From Methanobacteriota archaeon (GTDB lineage: Archaea > Thermoplasmatota > Poseidoniia > Poseidoniales > Thalassarchaeaceae), in contig JAERST010000024.1 of NCBI GenBank assembly GCA_016845365.1, positions 160,461-224,460 on the forward strand: a DNA stretch of 64,000 nucleotides, written 5' to 3'. The stretch's first letter is position 1. Every line of letters starts with the position of its first letter. Of this stretch, positions 48,252 to 57,052 are shown one piece after another. The notes below the pieces were generated by a model. That model was not told the DNA's origin. It ran no database searches and was given only the letters and a program-made list of their open reading frames with translations. Position numbers and translations under genes: made by a program.

Positions 48252-49157
48252 TCAAAGCCCGCTGACAACGGCAACGAGCCTCAATCTACCGACCATTTCA
48301 TCGCTCGCTCGCGCGCCTAGAATTACTTGGCAGTCGGGATGAAGGCTGCTGACTAGAGATTCGCTCAATAAATTGAGATGGGCCAAGGTCATATCGGGTC
48401 CGCCCTCGACTTGAATTAGACAACCCCTCGCTCCAGAGACATCGATTTCTGCAAGTGGTGAGCGTCGAGCCACCTCAACCACTCCGGATGGATCCACAAC
48501 AGTCCCTGTCCCTACGATCAAAGTGGCTTCACCGGAATGCTCCACAACAGTTCGTAAATCCATCAGATCAAGATTCAATTTACCTACCTTCGCGAGGGTC
48601 GTTACCAGACCCTCGACCAAGTCTTGAATCCAGCCCGAGCCTTGCTGCCAATCAGCATCTCTGGCTCGGGCGTACCAAGCCAATCTTTCCATGCTTACGC
48701 GTATGCAGACATGAGATTGCTCCTCTAATGCTGGTAGCGCCGCATTGGCGATCGCACAGCGCAGCGGTTGTTCGGCAAATGGTAGACCAGCGATGCTGAG
48801 GACGAGGCAGTTACGGGCGCGTGCTAGGCGTGCTAATTCGTTAGCCGCGCCAGAGCCGGTGCCCCCGCCCAAGCCTGCCATGATGAAGACTAATTCGGCC
48901 TTTTCCAAGAGCGGGTCGAGCGAATGCAAACCCTCACTCAATCGGTGGGCGGCAAGTGTCGGTAAAGCGGCGGCACCGCTACCATCTCCAACCGCGTCGA
49001 GGTGCAGACAATGAGCTTGCCCAGAACCACGAAATGAAGATTCATCTGCATCGATAAGGAGAAGGTCGGCGAGCCCATCGCACTCGCGATGTGCGGCGTC
49101 GGCCCAGATGCAGCCGAGCCCTCCAACTCCCGCAATCAGTATCGCGCCCTCGTGCAC
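48252..49157 (-). CDS. ftsZ: Divergent FtsZ-family GTPase
   Basis: GVGGLG, AGLGGGTGSG signature, LPF..Q, NLDLMDLRTV (T7 loop), VILGA, VVSGL. Confidence 0.8.
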   Translation of the reverse strand: MHEGAILIAGVGGLGCIWADAAHRECDGLADLLLIDADESSFRGSGQAHCLHLDAVGDGSGAAALPTLAAHRLSEGLHSLDPLLEKAELVFIMAGLGGGTGSGAANELARLARARNCLVLSIAGLPFAEQPLRCAIANAALPALEEQSHVCIRVSMERLAWYARARDADWQQGSGWIQDLVEGLVTTLAKVGKLNLDLMDLRTVVEHSGEATLIVGTGTVVDPSGVVEVARRSPLAEIDVSGARGCLIQVEGGPDMTLAHLNLLSESLVSSLHPDCQVILGARASDEMVGRLRLVAVVSGL

Positions 49158-49266
49158 GAGCGAAGGCTCATCGCGGGCGCGCCTTGAAACTGAGGGTTGA
49201 GTCCCAGGCTCAAAGAAGCGATTGAAGACTCATCAAATGAGCACGAAGAGAAGAAGGAACCCCCCC

Positions 49267-49572
49267 TCAATCGTAGGTCAGATATCGCTGGTATCTACGG
49301 CGCTCATCGCGAGCCCAAGCATTGTCCGGTTCAATCTCCAGAACCTTATCGTAATACTCGACAGCCTTCTCAAAATCAGAGAGGTATCGCCCGTTCATGT
49401 GAGCGAGGTTGTTCAGAACAGGAACACAGCGCGAATCGGCTTCCAACATCTCGAGGAGAATCTTCTCCGCCCCATTGATGTCCATCATCTCCATCTTATC
49501 CTCGGCTTCATCGAGGCTGGCGATTTGCTCATCGCTCAAGCGGTAGATATTCTTCCACACCGGACCTGCCAT
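49267..49572 (-). CDS. Small TPR protein
   Basis: VLNNLA....DFEKAVEYYDKVLEIEPDNAWA TPR consensus. Confidence 0.75.
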   Translation of the reverse strand: MAGPVWKNIYRLSDEQIASLDEAEDKMEMMDINGAEKILLEMLEADSRCVPVLNNLAHMNGRYLSDFEKAVEYYDKVLEIEPDNAWARDERRRYQRYLTYD

Positions 49573-49722
49573 TACACCATCGAGAGCGCTGATTCGTATG
49601 AGGTTTCGCAGGTTCCGAACGCTCGGCCTCAAAGGCGCTTGAGACGGGGACCCCGTAGGGGTCAAACTGAAACCTTGATATCCCGATGTCGGGTGGAATG
49701 CTTCGTCGTAAGAGGTCAAAAG

Positions 49723-50538
49723 ATGAAGACGCATCACTCGACCTCGCACAGGCTGCTAGTACTGGCCTGTTTCGCATTACTTCTAGCGGGTTCGAGTCAA
49801 GCCTACTCCACCGGCATCGGTGGCGACGAGGATGACAAGGGAGATGTCGCTCTTGCTGGCTGCACCTGCCACACCGAACTCCCCGACAATTCGGTAACGG
49901 TCATCCTCGACCAATTGCCTTACCATTACACAGCAGGCACCACCTACGCCATGAAGATTCAACTCATCGGCGGCCCTGAAATAGACACTTCCTCGACCAC
50001 CGGCGGATTCGCCATGCGCGTGAGCGCAGGAAGCCTCGCCGGTGGCGAAGGTTACGAGAACCAAGTTCAGAATTGGGAGGACGACCCGACCAGTCTAACA
50101 CACGCCGGATCAGGTGGGTCAACTGCCGACCGCATTTGGCTCATCACTTGGACCGCGCCAGAGGAAGGCACTGGCGTAGTGACATTTTCACTCTCTGGTA
50201 ACGCAGTTAACGGAGACCACGCTCCATCTGAGCTCGACCGATGGAATCGCCTGACCACCTCGGTCGACGAAGGCACAGACAATGGCGATACTCGAACTAT
50301 CTTCAGCGGAAATGGAGAGATCGAGCCCCCCGCGCCAGCGGAGACTCACATCGACCTCCACCACATGGGAGCAGCGCTTCGAGCCCACTGGCTCGGCCTG
50401 CTCGGCTTCGGCGCAGTAATCCTTGTGATCCTATTCTGCGGACTATTCCTCCGCTACGGATTCTCTCGTCATTACGAAGGCCGAAGCAACCTTCTCAAAC
50501 TACGAATCAAGCATCTTCGAAGGGGTGACCAACTGTGA
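49723..50538 (+). CDS. Exported reeler/choice-of-anchor-V-like protein with CxCH motif and C-terminal TM
   Basis: Signal peptide from ATG 49723, GCTCHT, WLITWTAP...G.V.F...GNAVNGD, TM; first gene of the Rieske/cyt b operon. Confidence 0.75.
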   Translation: MKTHHSTSHRLLVLACFALLLAGSSQAYSTGIGGDEDDKGDVALAGCTCHTELPDNSVTVILDQLPYHYTAGTTYAMKIQLIGGPEIDTSSTTGGFAMRVSAGSLAGGEGYENQVQNWEDDPTSLTHAGSGGSTADRIWLITWTAPEEGTGVVTFSLSGNAVNGDHAPSELDRWNRLTTSVDEGTDNGDTRTIFSGNGEIEPPAPAETHIDLHHMGAALRAHWLGLLGFGAVILVILFCGLFLRYGFSRHYEGRSNLLKLRIKHLRRGDQL

Positions 50539-50984
50539 AAGACGACGTCGTCATGAAACTCCTGCGCGAGGTTAAGTCCGGCAAGGTCAGCGTTGAGGAC
50601 GCACGCGAAGCATTGACCGGAGTAGACCTGAGCGAGGAGAATTACGTTGCTGCGGTGGACCACGGAGTATTCAACGAACCCGAGCCAGGAACAATCGTTC
50701 GAGCGAGCCTCTCCCCAACAGGCGAGTCCGCCCTCGTAATCGTCTTCGCACTCTGGGGTATTCTCTGGACACTTTACTGGGCTGGATCTCTCTCATACGG
50801 ACTCTACAATCACTGGGACCAGCAGCGTCTTTCATTCCACTTGGGTATGACGCTGCTGACTGTCATAATGATGGGAATCGTATACATGCGATTCGTCATG
50901 CCGGATGTAGTCGTCGTCAAGCACAGGCGAAATAAGTACATCCCGCCAAATGATACGGAAGGTTGGCAACAATACGAGGTGTGA
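50535..50984 (+). CDS. 2-TM membrane protein with SHOCT-like N-terminus
   Basis: LLREVKSGKVSVEDA plus two TMs; translationally coupled within the operon. Confidence 0.7.
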   Translation: MKDDVVMKLLREVKSGKVSVEDAREALTGVDLSEENYVAAVDHGVFNEPEPGTIVRASLSPTGESALVIVFALWGILWTLYWAGSLSYGLYNHWDQQRLSFHLGMTLLTVIMMGIVYMRFVMPDVVVVKHRRNKYIPPNDTEGWQQYEV

Positions 50985-50987
50985 TGT

Positions 50988-51842
50988 ATGGCGCGAAGAT
51001 TCCGATTACGCCCACTTCCTGGTGCCGATGAGCAGGTAACTGAATCGAATCCGGTCATCGACCGCCGTGAATTCATGCGGCACTCATTCAACACGGCTGC
51101 TGGAGTCATCACGATGGCTAGCCTCGGCAGCATCGGCTTTGCTTCACTTCTGATGGGAACCGCCGATTCATCCGGCGGCGATACCGCCGTCCGCTTCTGG
51201 GTGCCGACCGGCGCAGAAGATTCTGCTTGGTACGGCGACCGTCACCTCGAACCAATGTCATACTCCGCCTTCGTCGCCGCAGCAGAGGCTAGCCCGACCG
51301 GCATGTCCGGCGCTCAGGGTGTTTGGTCCGGACTGCCGGTGAACGTAGTCTACGTACCTCATGCAGAGAATGCTAACTCAGCACCGAGCACAAACTCTCC
51401 CCGCTTCCAATTCATGGATGGCTACACCGAGAGTGGGAAGTATGTCGGAAGCGGGTTCGAGTTGGATGAGAATCCAGACTATGCAGCTCTCTCAATCCAC
51501 GACAATCTCATCGTGATTTTCTCTCGTTGCACACACTTGTGCTGCATTCCTGGCTGGCAATTGGTGCAGAACGACTTCACCAATGACCAATGGACTCCTG
51601 GTGCAGTCGACGCGGGCGGGAACAAATTGTTCTGTATTTGTCACTCGAGCCGATTTGACCCGACCGCGATCGAAAAGAATCGAAGTCGAAACCGTTCGAC
51701 AGGAGCCGAATTCGATTTCTTCGGAATCCGCCGAACCGGCGGCCCCGCTCCTGTCGGTTTACCACTCATCCCGTGGGTTATCACGGGCGATACCATTGAA
51801 GCCCTGCCCGACTTCAAAGATTGGTACACATATTGCGACTGA
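50988..51842 (+). CDS. petC: Rieske [2Fe-2S] protein with Tat signal
   Basis: DRREFM twin-arginine motif plus TM; CTHLCC and CICHSSRFD boxes; GGPAP..L. Confidence 0.92.
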   Translation: MARRFRLRPLPGADEQVTESNPVIDRREFMRHSFNTAAGVITMASLGSIGFASLLMGTADSSGGDTAVRFWVPTGAEDSAWYGDRHLEPMSYSAFVAAAEASPTGMSGAQGVWSGLPVNVVYVPHAENANSAPSTNSPRFQFMDGYTESGKYVGSGFELDENPDYAALSIHDNLIVIFSRCTHLCCIPGWQLVQNDFTNDQWTPGAVDAGGNKLFCICHSSRFDPTAIEKNRSRNRSTGAEFDFFGIRRTGGPAPVGLPLIPWVITGDTIEALPDFKDWYTYCD

Positions 51843-51848
51843 GGTGAG

Positions 51849-52718
51849 ATGATGCTACAATTCTGGTTCCTTTGGCTATTCATCGCCCTCATCGTCGTCC
51901 TCGTCGCATTCACACTGCGTAAGGAGCGCGACGACATGCCTCGCAAGGATATCTTGCGCGCTGTCGAAACCAGCGCAGGCAGCATGGGATTGGCTGAGAA
52001 AACCTTCCTCTGGGCTTTCTCTTGGCTCGACACGCGCTTCCGCATCCAGGATTATTGGGGCATGAGTCGGGATGCGTATTACAGCGTGCACCGTCAAATG
52101 CCTCTTACGCACGCTGAGAAGTATAAGCTTCGAATCATCTGGTATTGGTATCCACTCTACTGTTTGGGTGGAATCTCCTTCCTCGCCTTCGTGATTTTGG
52201 TCATCACCGGAACTGTCCTTGGCCTCTACTATGTCCCTGGTGGAGAAGGCGACCCAACCCCAGCTTATTCATCGATGGAATTCATCATGACGCAGCTTCC
52301 ATTCGGTTACATCATTCGCTCGATTCACCACTGGACGACACACTTCATGGTGGCTGCAGTGTTCCTTCACATGTGTCGAGTTTACTTCACCGGCGCATAC
52401 CGCAACCCTCGTGAGCTAAACTGGCTCATCGGCGTCGCTCTGATGTTCTTCACCATCTTCTTCGGCTACTCAGGCTACCTGCTTCCTTGGGACAGTTTGG
52501 CCTTCGGAGCCGCCACCATTGGCATCAACATGGCGAACTCGACCCCCCTCATCGGAGGGTGGGTCGCGACCGCGATGTTCGCAGGAACATCGCTCTCCGG
52601 CCAGACGGTTACGCGTATGTATTTCCTACACGTATTCATTCTGCCCGTCGTCGTCACAGCGCTAATTCTAGCGCATTTGTTCATCGTTTGGGTGCAGGGT
52701 ATTGCGGAGCCGCACTGA
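51849..52718 (+). CDS. petB: Cytochrome b6-like subunit
   Basis: YCLGGI, RSIHHW...LHMCRV, GAYRNPRELNW, GYLLPWD, FLHVFILP...AH, QGIAEPH. Confidence 0.93.
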   Translation: MMLQFWFLWLFIALIVVLVAFTLRKERDDMPRKDILRAVETSAGSMGLAEKTFLWAFSWLDTRFRIQDYWGMSRDAYYSVHRQMPLTHAEKYKLRIIWYWYPLYCLGGISFLAFVILVITGTVLGLYYVPGGEGDPTPAYSSMEFIMTQLPFGYIIRSIHHWTTHFMVAAVFLHMCRVYFTGAYRNPRELNWLIGVALMFFTIFFGYSGYLLPWDSLAFGAATIGINMANSTPLIGGWVATAMFAGTSLSGQTVTRMYFLHVFILPVVVTALILAHLFIVWVQGIAEPH

Positions 52719-52733
52719 TCGGAGGTCTTTGGC

Positions 52734-55511
52734 ATGGGAATGATCGATAGATTCGGGCGCATCGCGGATACCTACGTACGCGAGAAGAGCACTCTCCTCG
52801 AGGCTGAGCAAGAGCGCAAGCGAGTTTTCGTCGGGCACGCATTCTGGCCGACTGAAGTCTTGCGCGATTCGATTATCTTCGCCGCAATGGTGATGGTTTT
52901 GGCATTCTATTGCTGGTTGATTCCACCGCCACTTCACAGCGCGGCGGACCCATTCGCTCAGGCCGGCTTCGTTTTCCCTGACTGGTATGTTCTGTTCTCC
53001 TATGGATACCTGCGATGGGGCGAATATCTGCCGCAATTCGTTATTCCAGCCGGCCCGATTGGAGAATTCCTCGGCGCCCCTGTGATTTCATGGAACGCTG
53101 CATGGTGGGGCGCCTTCCTAACCGGAATCCCAGTCGGTATTCTCGCGCTTCCACCATTCCTCGGCGGGCGCGAGAAGAGACCTGTCGAGGACCCTTGGTT
53201 TGCTACCGCTGGTGCGGTTTACCTCGCGCACGTTTGGTTCATTTCAGTTTATTCGATCAATATCTTCCTCGAATTATACGCGAAGGATAGAACCGATTAT
53301 TGTTGGGCGAATTCTCATCATGTCCTCGATTGTGGAAGACAAGCTCCTTGGACTGCTGAAGTCTTCAATGCGATTCCTTGGATTCTGACTGGGATATTCA
53401 TATTCGCCGTGTTATTCTTCGGCGTCAGATGGTTCCTTGTCAATTCGATAGGAGCTCGACTGACGCCGGCGATCGGCAAGCAGGTTGCAATCGGCTCGCT
53501 CGTGCTTGCCGTAATGATCTCAGCAGTCACATGGCCAATCTACGAGGGAGGCTTCTGGGATTACGGCGGACTCGGCGCGATGGACGATGTCGAGGAACTC
53601 GAAACCATGCGCGGCCAGCCCGCCGACACTCTGGTCTACGATGGTAAGGGAGATGATTGGGGAGAATGGGGTGACCTCTGCATGACATTCACCGAATCCT
53701 CAGACCTCGGGGTCTGGGATAGTCTGGATGAAAGCGAAGACCCGGCTAAATGGTGTGTCCTTCCCGCCCAGCATTGGTCGAATTGGGGCTTATTCCAACC
53801 AACCCAAGCCACCATCATCGATTTCGAAGGCGTGAACGGACACGCTGATATCGACACCAGACGAAATGCCGCTGGTCAAGCAGCAGAATACAGCGGAAAT
53901 TCTGATTCATCAACCATCAGCCAAAGTTGGACTGATGTGATGCACATCGAAGACCTCGGCCTCTCCTCGGTCTTCGTCGATATCGGCTGCAACTTCCGCA
54001 CAACTGTGCGTGGAGCCGGCAGCCACACCCAAGACCTCAGCATCAGCAATGACGCAGGAAAGGTCCTGTGGTCAGCTGATGGCGAGTGTGACAGTACCAC
54101 TCTCAAACTCGCACCGGGCAATTACAATCTCGAATACAGCGTAACATCTAGCAATGTCAACGAGTCAGTGATGATGATCACCGATTTCAACGCAGTGGCC
54201 TTCCAACCATTACTCCTAGACGAAAATGGTGCTGCCCCCCTCCGAGTGAACATCCCAGCAGGCACCGACCTCGAGGCGATGACACTCGAGAATCCAACCT
54301 TCCACAAGAATCCCAAGAGCCTCGATGCGAAGTTGACCTATTCGATGTTCATTCCATGTTTAGGAATCGGAGCAATCGTCTACATGTTGATGCGCAGCAT
54401 GGCTCGTGGATACGAGTGGGAGATGAACAAGTGCTACGGCTGCGACCTTTGTGACGATGCTTGCCCAGTCCGCTTGTTCAACGCAGGTGACAAACTCAAC
54501 ATCATCTACAATACATGGAATAACGAGGACGATGGAGTTCCACTGTATTCCTGCCTAACTTGCACAGCATGTACCAATGCATGCCCACAACTCGTCGATT
54601 ACGATTCATACGTCGACATTCGCCGCAACCTAATGGTCGGCGGCCCACCAGCCGCCGAGATACCCCACACTCTCCTTCAAGCCGTCCTAGCGGCAGAGGC
54701 TGAGGAGGACGCCGATGCGGAGTTCATTCCTGTGGAGGAATACCCGATCGACTCTAGCGTGGGATACTACCCAGGATGTGTCGACTACATCGACCAAGAG
54801 ATGATTTTCAGCCATGTCAACGAGGGAGAAATGAACCTCGGCGAGACCACGACAGCAGCTTTCACAATCTTCGATGAAATGCAAAAGGACGTCACCTACC
54901 TCGGTCGAGACTTCCTGAAGTGCTGCGGCCACGACCAAAAGTGGCAAGGAATGACGGAAGTCTTCGAGAAACTCAAGGCCTACAATCAGAAGAAGCTCGG
55001 AGAAAGCGGAATCGACACTCTCGTCACATCATGCGCAGAGTGCTTCCGAACCTTTGCGATGGATTACGAACTTGAGGACATGAAGGTCATGCACACGACT
55101 GAATACCTCATCGAGAACGGCTTTGACTTCGACCTCGCTACCCCAGAGGACGTCACCGTGACCTACCACGATCCTTGCAGGCTCGGTCGCCATATGAACA
55201 TCTATGAGGAGCCGCGAGACCTTGTCCGCGGCGTCAACGGAGTGAATTTGGTGGAGATGGAACACTCCGGCGAGGATGCTCTTTGCTGCGGTGTATCGAG
55301 CATGATGTCTTGCAATGAGAATAGTCGCGCCCTACGCCTAGAGCGCTTCGATGAGGTGAAGGCGACGGGCGCAGACATCATGCTGACCAGTTGCCCAAAG
55401 TGCGTAAGCCACTTCGAGTGTCTGAAGTTCGAGGGTGACCCACGTCACGATTTCGAAATCCTCGACGTGGTCTCTTTCCTTGCACGGCAAATCGATGCGA
55501 AGCGCCAGTGA
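52734..55511 (+). CDS. Cytochrome b/b6 subunit IV fused to an extracellular domain and an HdrD/GlpC-like Fe-S oxidoreductase
   Basis: FWP.EV, ADPF, PDWY and LPPFL (subunit IV); CYGCDLCDDACP and CLTCTACTNACP; two CCG domains (YYPGC..KCCGH..TSCAEC and YHDPC..CCG..TSCPKC). Confidence 0.88.
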   Translation: MGMIDRFGRIADTYVREKSTLLEAEQERKRVFVGHAFWPTEVLRDSIIFAAMVMVLAFYCWLIPPPLHSAADPFAQAGFVFPDWYVLFSYGYLRWGEYLPQFVIPAGPIGEFLGAPVISWNAAWWGAFLTGIPVGILALPPFLGGREKRPVEDPWFATAGAVYLAHVWFISVYSINIFLELYAKDRTDYCWANSHHVLDCGRQAPWTAEVFNAIPWILTGIFIFAVLFFGVRWFLVNSIGARLTPAIGKQVAIGSLVLAVMISAVTWPIYEGGFWDYGGLGAMDDVEELETMRGQPADTLVYDGKGDDWGEWGDLCMTFTESSDLGVWDSLDESEDPAKWCVLPAQHWSNWGLFQPTQATIIDFEGVNGHADIDTRRNAAGQAAEYSGNSDSSTISQSWTDVMHIEDLGLSSVFVDIGCNFRTTVRGAGSHTQDLSISNDAGKVLWSADGECDSTTLKLAPGNYNLEYSVTSSNVNESVMMITDFNAVAFQPLLLDENGAAPLRVNIPAGTDLEAMTLENPTFHKNPKSLDAKLTYSMFIPCLGIGAIVYMLMRSMARGYEWEMNKCYGCDLCDDACPVRLFNAGDKLNIIYNTWNNEDDGVPLYSCLTCTACTNACPQLVDYDSYVDIRRNLMVGGPPAAEIPHTLLQAVLAAEAEEDADAEFIPVEEYPIDSSVGYYPGCVDYIDQEMIFSHVNEGEMNLGETTTAAFTIFDEMQKDVTYLGRDFLKCCGHDQKWQGMTEVFEKLKAYNQKKLGESGIDTLVTSCAECFRTFAMDYELEDMKVMHTTEYLIENGFDFDLATPEDVTVTYHDPCRLGRHMNIYEEPRDLVRGVNGVNLVEMEHSGEDALCCGVSSMMSCNENSRALRLERFDEVKATGADIMLTSCPKCVSHFECLKFEGDPRHDFEILDVVSFLARQIDAKRQ

Positions 55512-55666
55512 GCGTGCACCGCGCCGATGAGTGCGCGAAGAAGCAGTGATTGCGACGGCGGTTTTTGCCAACTGGCGACGCGGAACGATGACCCCATTTT
55601 TCCCGTTGTAACTCGACTTCGAATGACCGTAGCCTTGAGAAGTCAGAGCCGGCAGCATCGATTCGG

Positions 55667-55999
55667 ATGACCGATATCCCCGACCTCGCTGCTCGCCGAG
55701 CGCGCGAACAGCGTCGCATTCGCATGGTCATGAACGCCATGCGCGCGGAAGAACGCGCCAAACTCAAGGGCGGCGAGGATGCGGTAGCCTGGGTTAAGGA
55801 GGAATTGTGCATTGGTTGTGACCAGTGTACCATCGTTTGCGATGACGACGCGATCGAACTCTACGACACCCCGATGGCAAGCCCGATTATGGACGTCGAT
55901 GTCAACCGAAAAGCCCGCGTCCTGCGCGACCCATGCACCGGCTGCAAACTCTGCGTGCTAGCTTGCCCGACGGACGCGATTATCATGATTGATAGGTGA
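55667..55999 (+). CDS. 2x[4Fe-4S] ferredoxin-like protein
   Basis: CIGCDQCTIVC and CTGCKLCVLACP. Confidence 0.88.
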   Translation: MTDIPDLAARRAREQRRIRMVMNAMRAEERAKLKGGEDAVAWVKEELCIGCDQCTIVCDDDAIELYDTPMASPIMDVDVNRKARVLRDPCTGCKLCVLACPTDAIIMIDR

Positions 56000-56003
56000 T
56001 TGA

Positions 56004-56333
56004 ATGGCCAAAGACGACCCTGTGAGATTTGGTGCCGAATTCGGGCCGAAAAGGACTGAGAATTCTACTGGTGTGTCTCTTGGGACATTCAAGAATTTAG
56101 TTTGGGTTTCGAATCTTGGTGGACTTCTGCTTGTTGCGATTGGCCTTGAATTGATTATGGTTCAACAGCAATTCTATCTTGGATTAGCAGCGATTGTCGG
56201 AGGAGTTGCTGTTGCACTCTTCCCGTCGAATTACGAGATTGTCGGTATGGAAGCGATTCAGGGTGGAGATGCGCCAGAAGGTGAAGATTCAGTGGCTTCT
56301 GGCGACGATAAGGTCAAGGACTCCGATTCCTAA
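56004..56333 (+). CDS. Small 2-TM membrane protein
   Basis: Hydrophobic hairpin; AGGTGA SD overlaps the upstream stop. Confidence 0.6.
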   Translation: MAKDDPVRFGAEFGPKRTENSTGVSLGTFKNLVWVSNLGGLLLVAIGLELIMVQQQFYLGLAAIVGGVAVALFPSNYEIVGMEAIQGGDAPEGEDSVASGDDKVKDSDS

Positions 56334-56342
56334 TCAACCGAT

Positions 56343-56828
56343 ATGGCTCAAGATTGGGTTGTGACTCCGCTCGGTCCAATCCATTTCGAAGCGAATGATG
56401 TTGGATTGACCAAGATCGGTTGGGGCGAGGTTCCTCAGCTTGATGCGTCGAATGAACACCTCGCCGCGGCGAAGGCTTGGATGGACTCATACTTCGCCGG
56501 CTTACAAGCGCCGATTCCAAAGCTGGACGATTCGGCGCTAACAAATTTTCAATCTCGAATCCTGCACGCTTTAGTCGAACACACAGGATTCGGTCAAACG
56601 ATTTCCTATGCTGGGCTCGCTTCAAGCGCTGGACATCCGCGAGCCAGTCGAGCCGTCGGCTCGGTAATGGCGATGAATCCATGGCCGCTACTCGTCCCCT
56701 GCCATCGAGTTGTCCGCAGCGACCGTGTAATCGGAAATTACAGCGGAGCGGGCGGGCCATCAACCAAAATCCAACTATTACGTCACGAAGGCCATGATTT
56801 CGACGATGCTGGTCACATCGCGAGTTGA
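56343..56828 (+). CDS. ogt: Methylated-DNA--protein-cysteine methyltransferase
   Basis: GQTISY, ASRAVG, NP.PLLVPCHRVV, K..LL.HEG. Confidence 0.95.
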   Translation: MAQDWVVTPLGPIHFEANDVGLTKIGWGEVPQLDASNEHLAAAKAWMDSYFAGLQAPIPKLDDSALTNFQSRILHALVEHTGFGQTISYAGLASSAGHPRASRAVGSVMAMNPWPLLVPCHRVVRSDRVIGNYSGAGGPSTKIQLLRHEGHDFDDAGHIAS

Positions 56829-56852
56829 AGCGAGATACTGACGCGAGCTCGC

Positions 56853-56972
56853 TCACCAATACGCGATGAAGATCGCAAAAGAGGCGACTGAAGCCAATGT
56901 CCAGACGAAGATGTAGAAGTTCTGCGAGAGTGGTGAGGCGATGATGCCGCCGGTTTCCTCTGACTCAGCCAT
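56853..56972 (-). CDS. 39-aa single-TM microprotein
   Basis: Manual translation MAESEETGGIIASPLSQNFYIFVWTLASVASFAIFIAYW*; fills an intergenic gap. Confidence 0.55.
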   Translation of the reverse strand: MAESEETGGIIASPLSQNFYIFVWTLASVASFAIFIAYW

Positions 56973-57052
56973 CTGTATCGAACCGTCGAGGCGAAATCGG
57001 GTTGTAAATGTGACTGCTAACATCGGTGAAAGCGAACCGGGGTAATGGGTTC

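Noticed and set aside
49222..49722. N-terminal 167 aa of the 438-aa ORF
   Set aside because: It overlaps the opposite-strand TPR gene; the signal peptide begins at ATG 49723.
52734..55511. Evidence of methanogenesis from Hdr-like domains
   Set aside because: CCG domains are widespread (GlpC, LutA, GlcF), and there are no mcr/mtr genes in the window.
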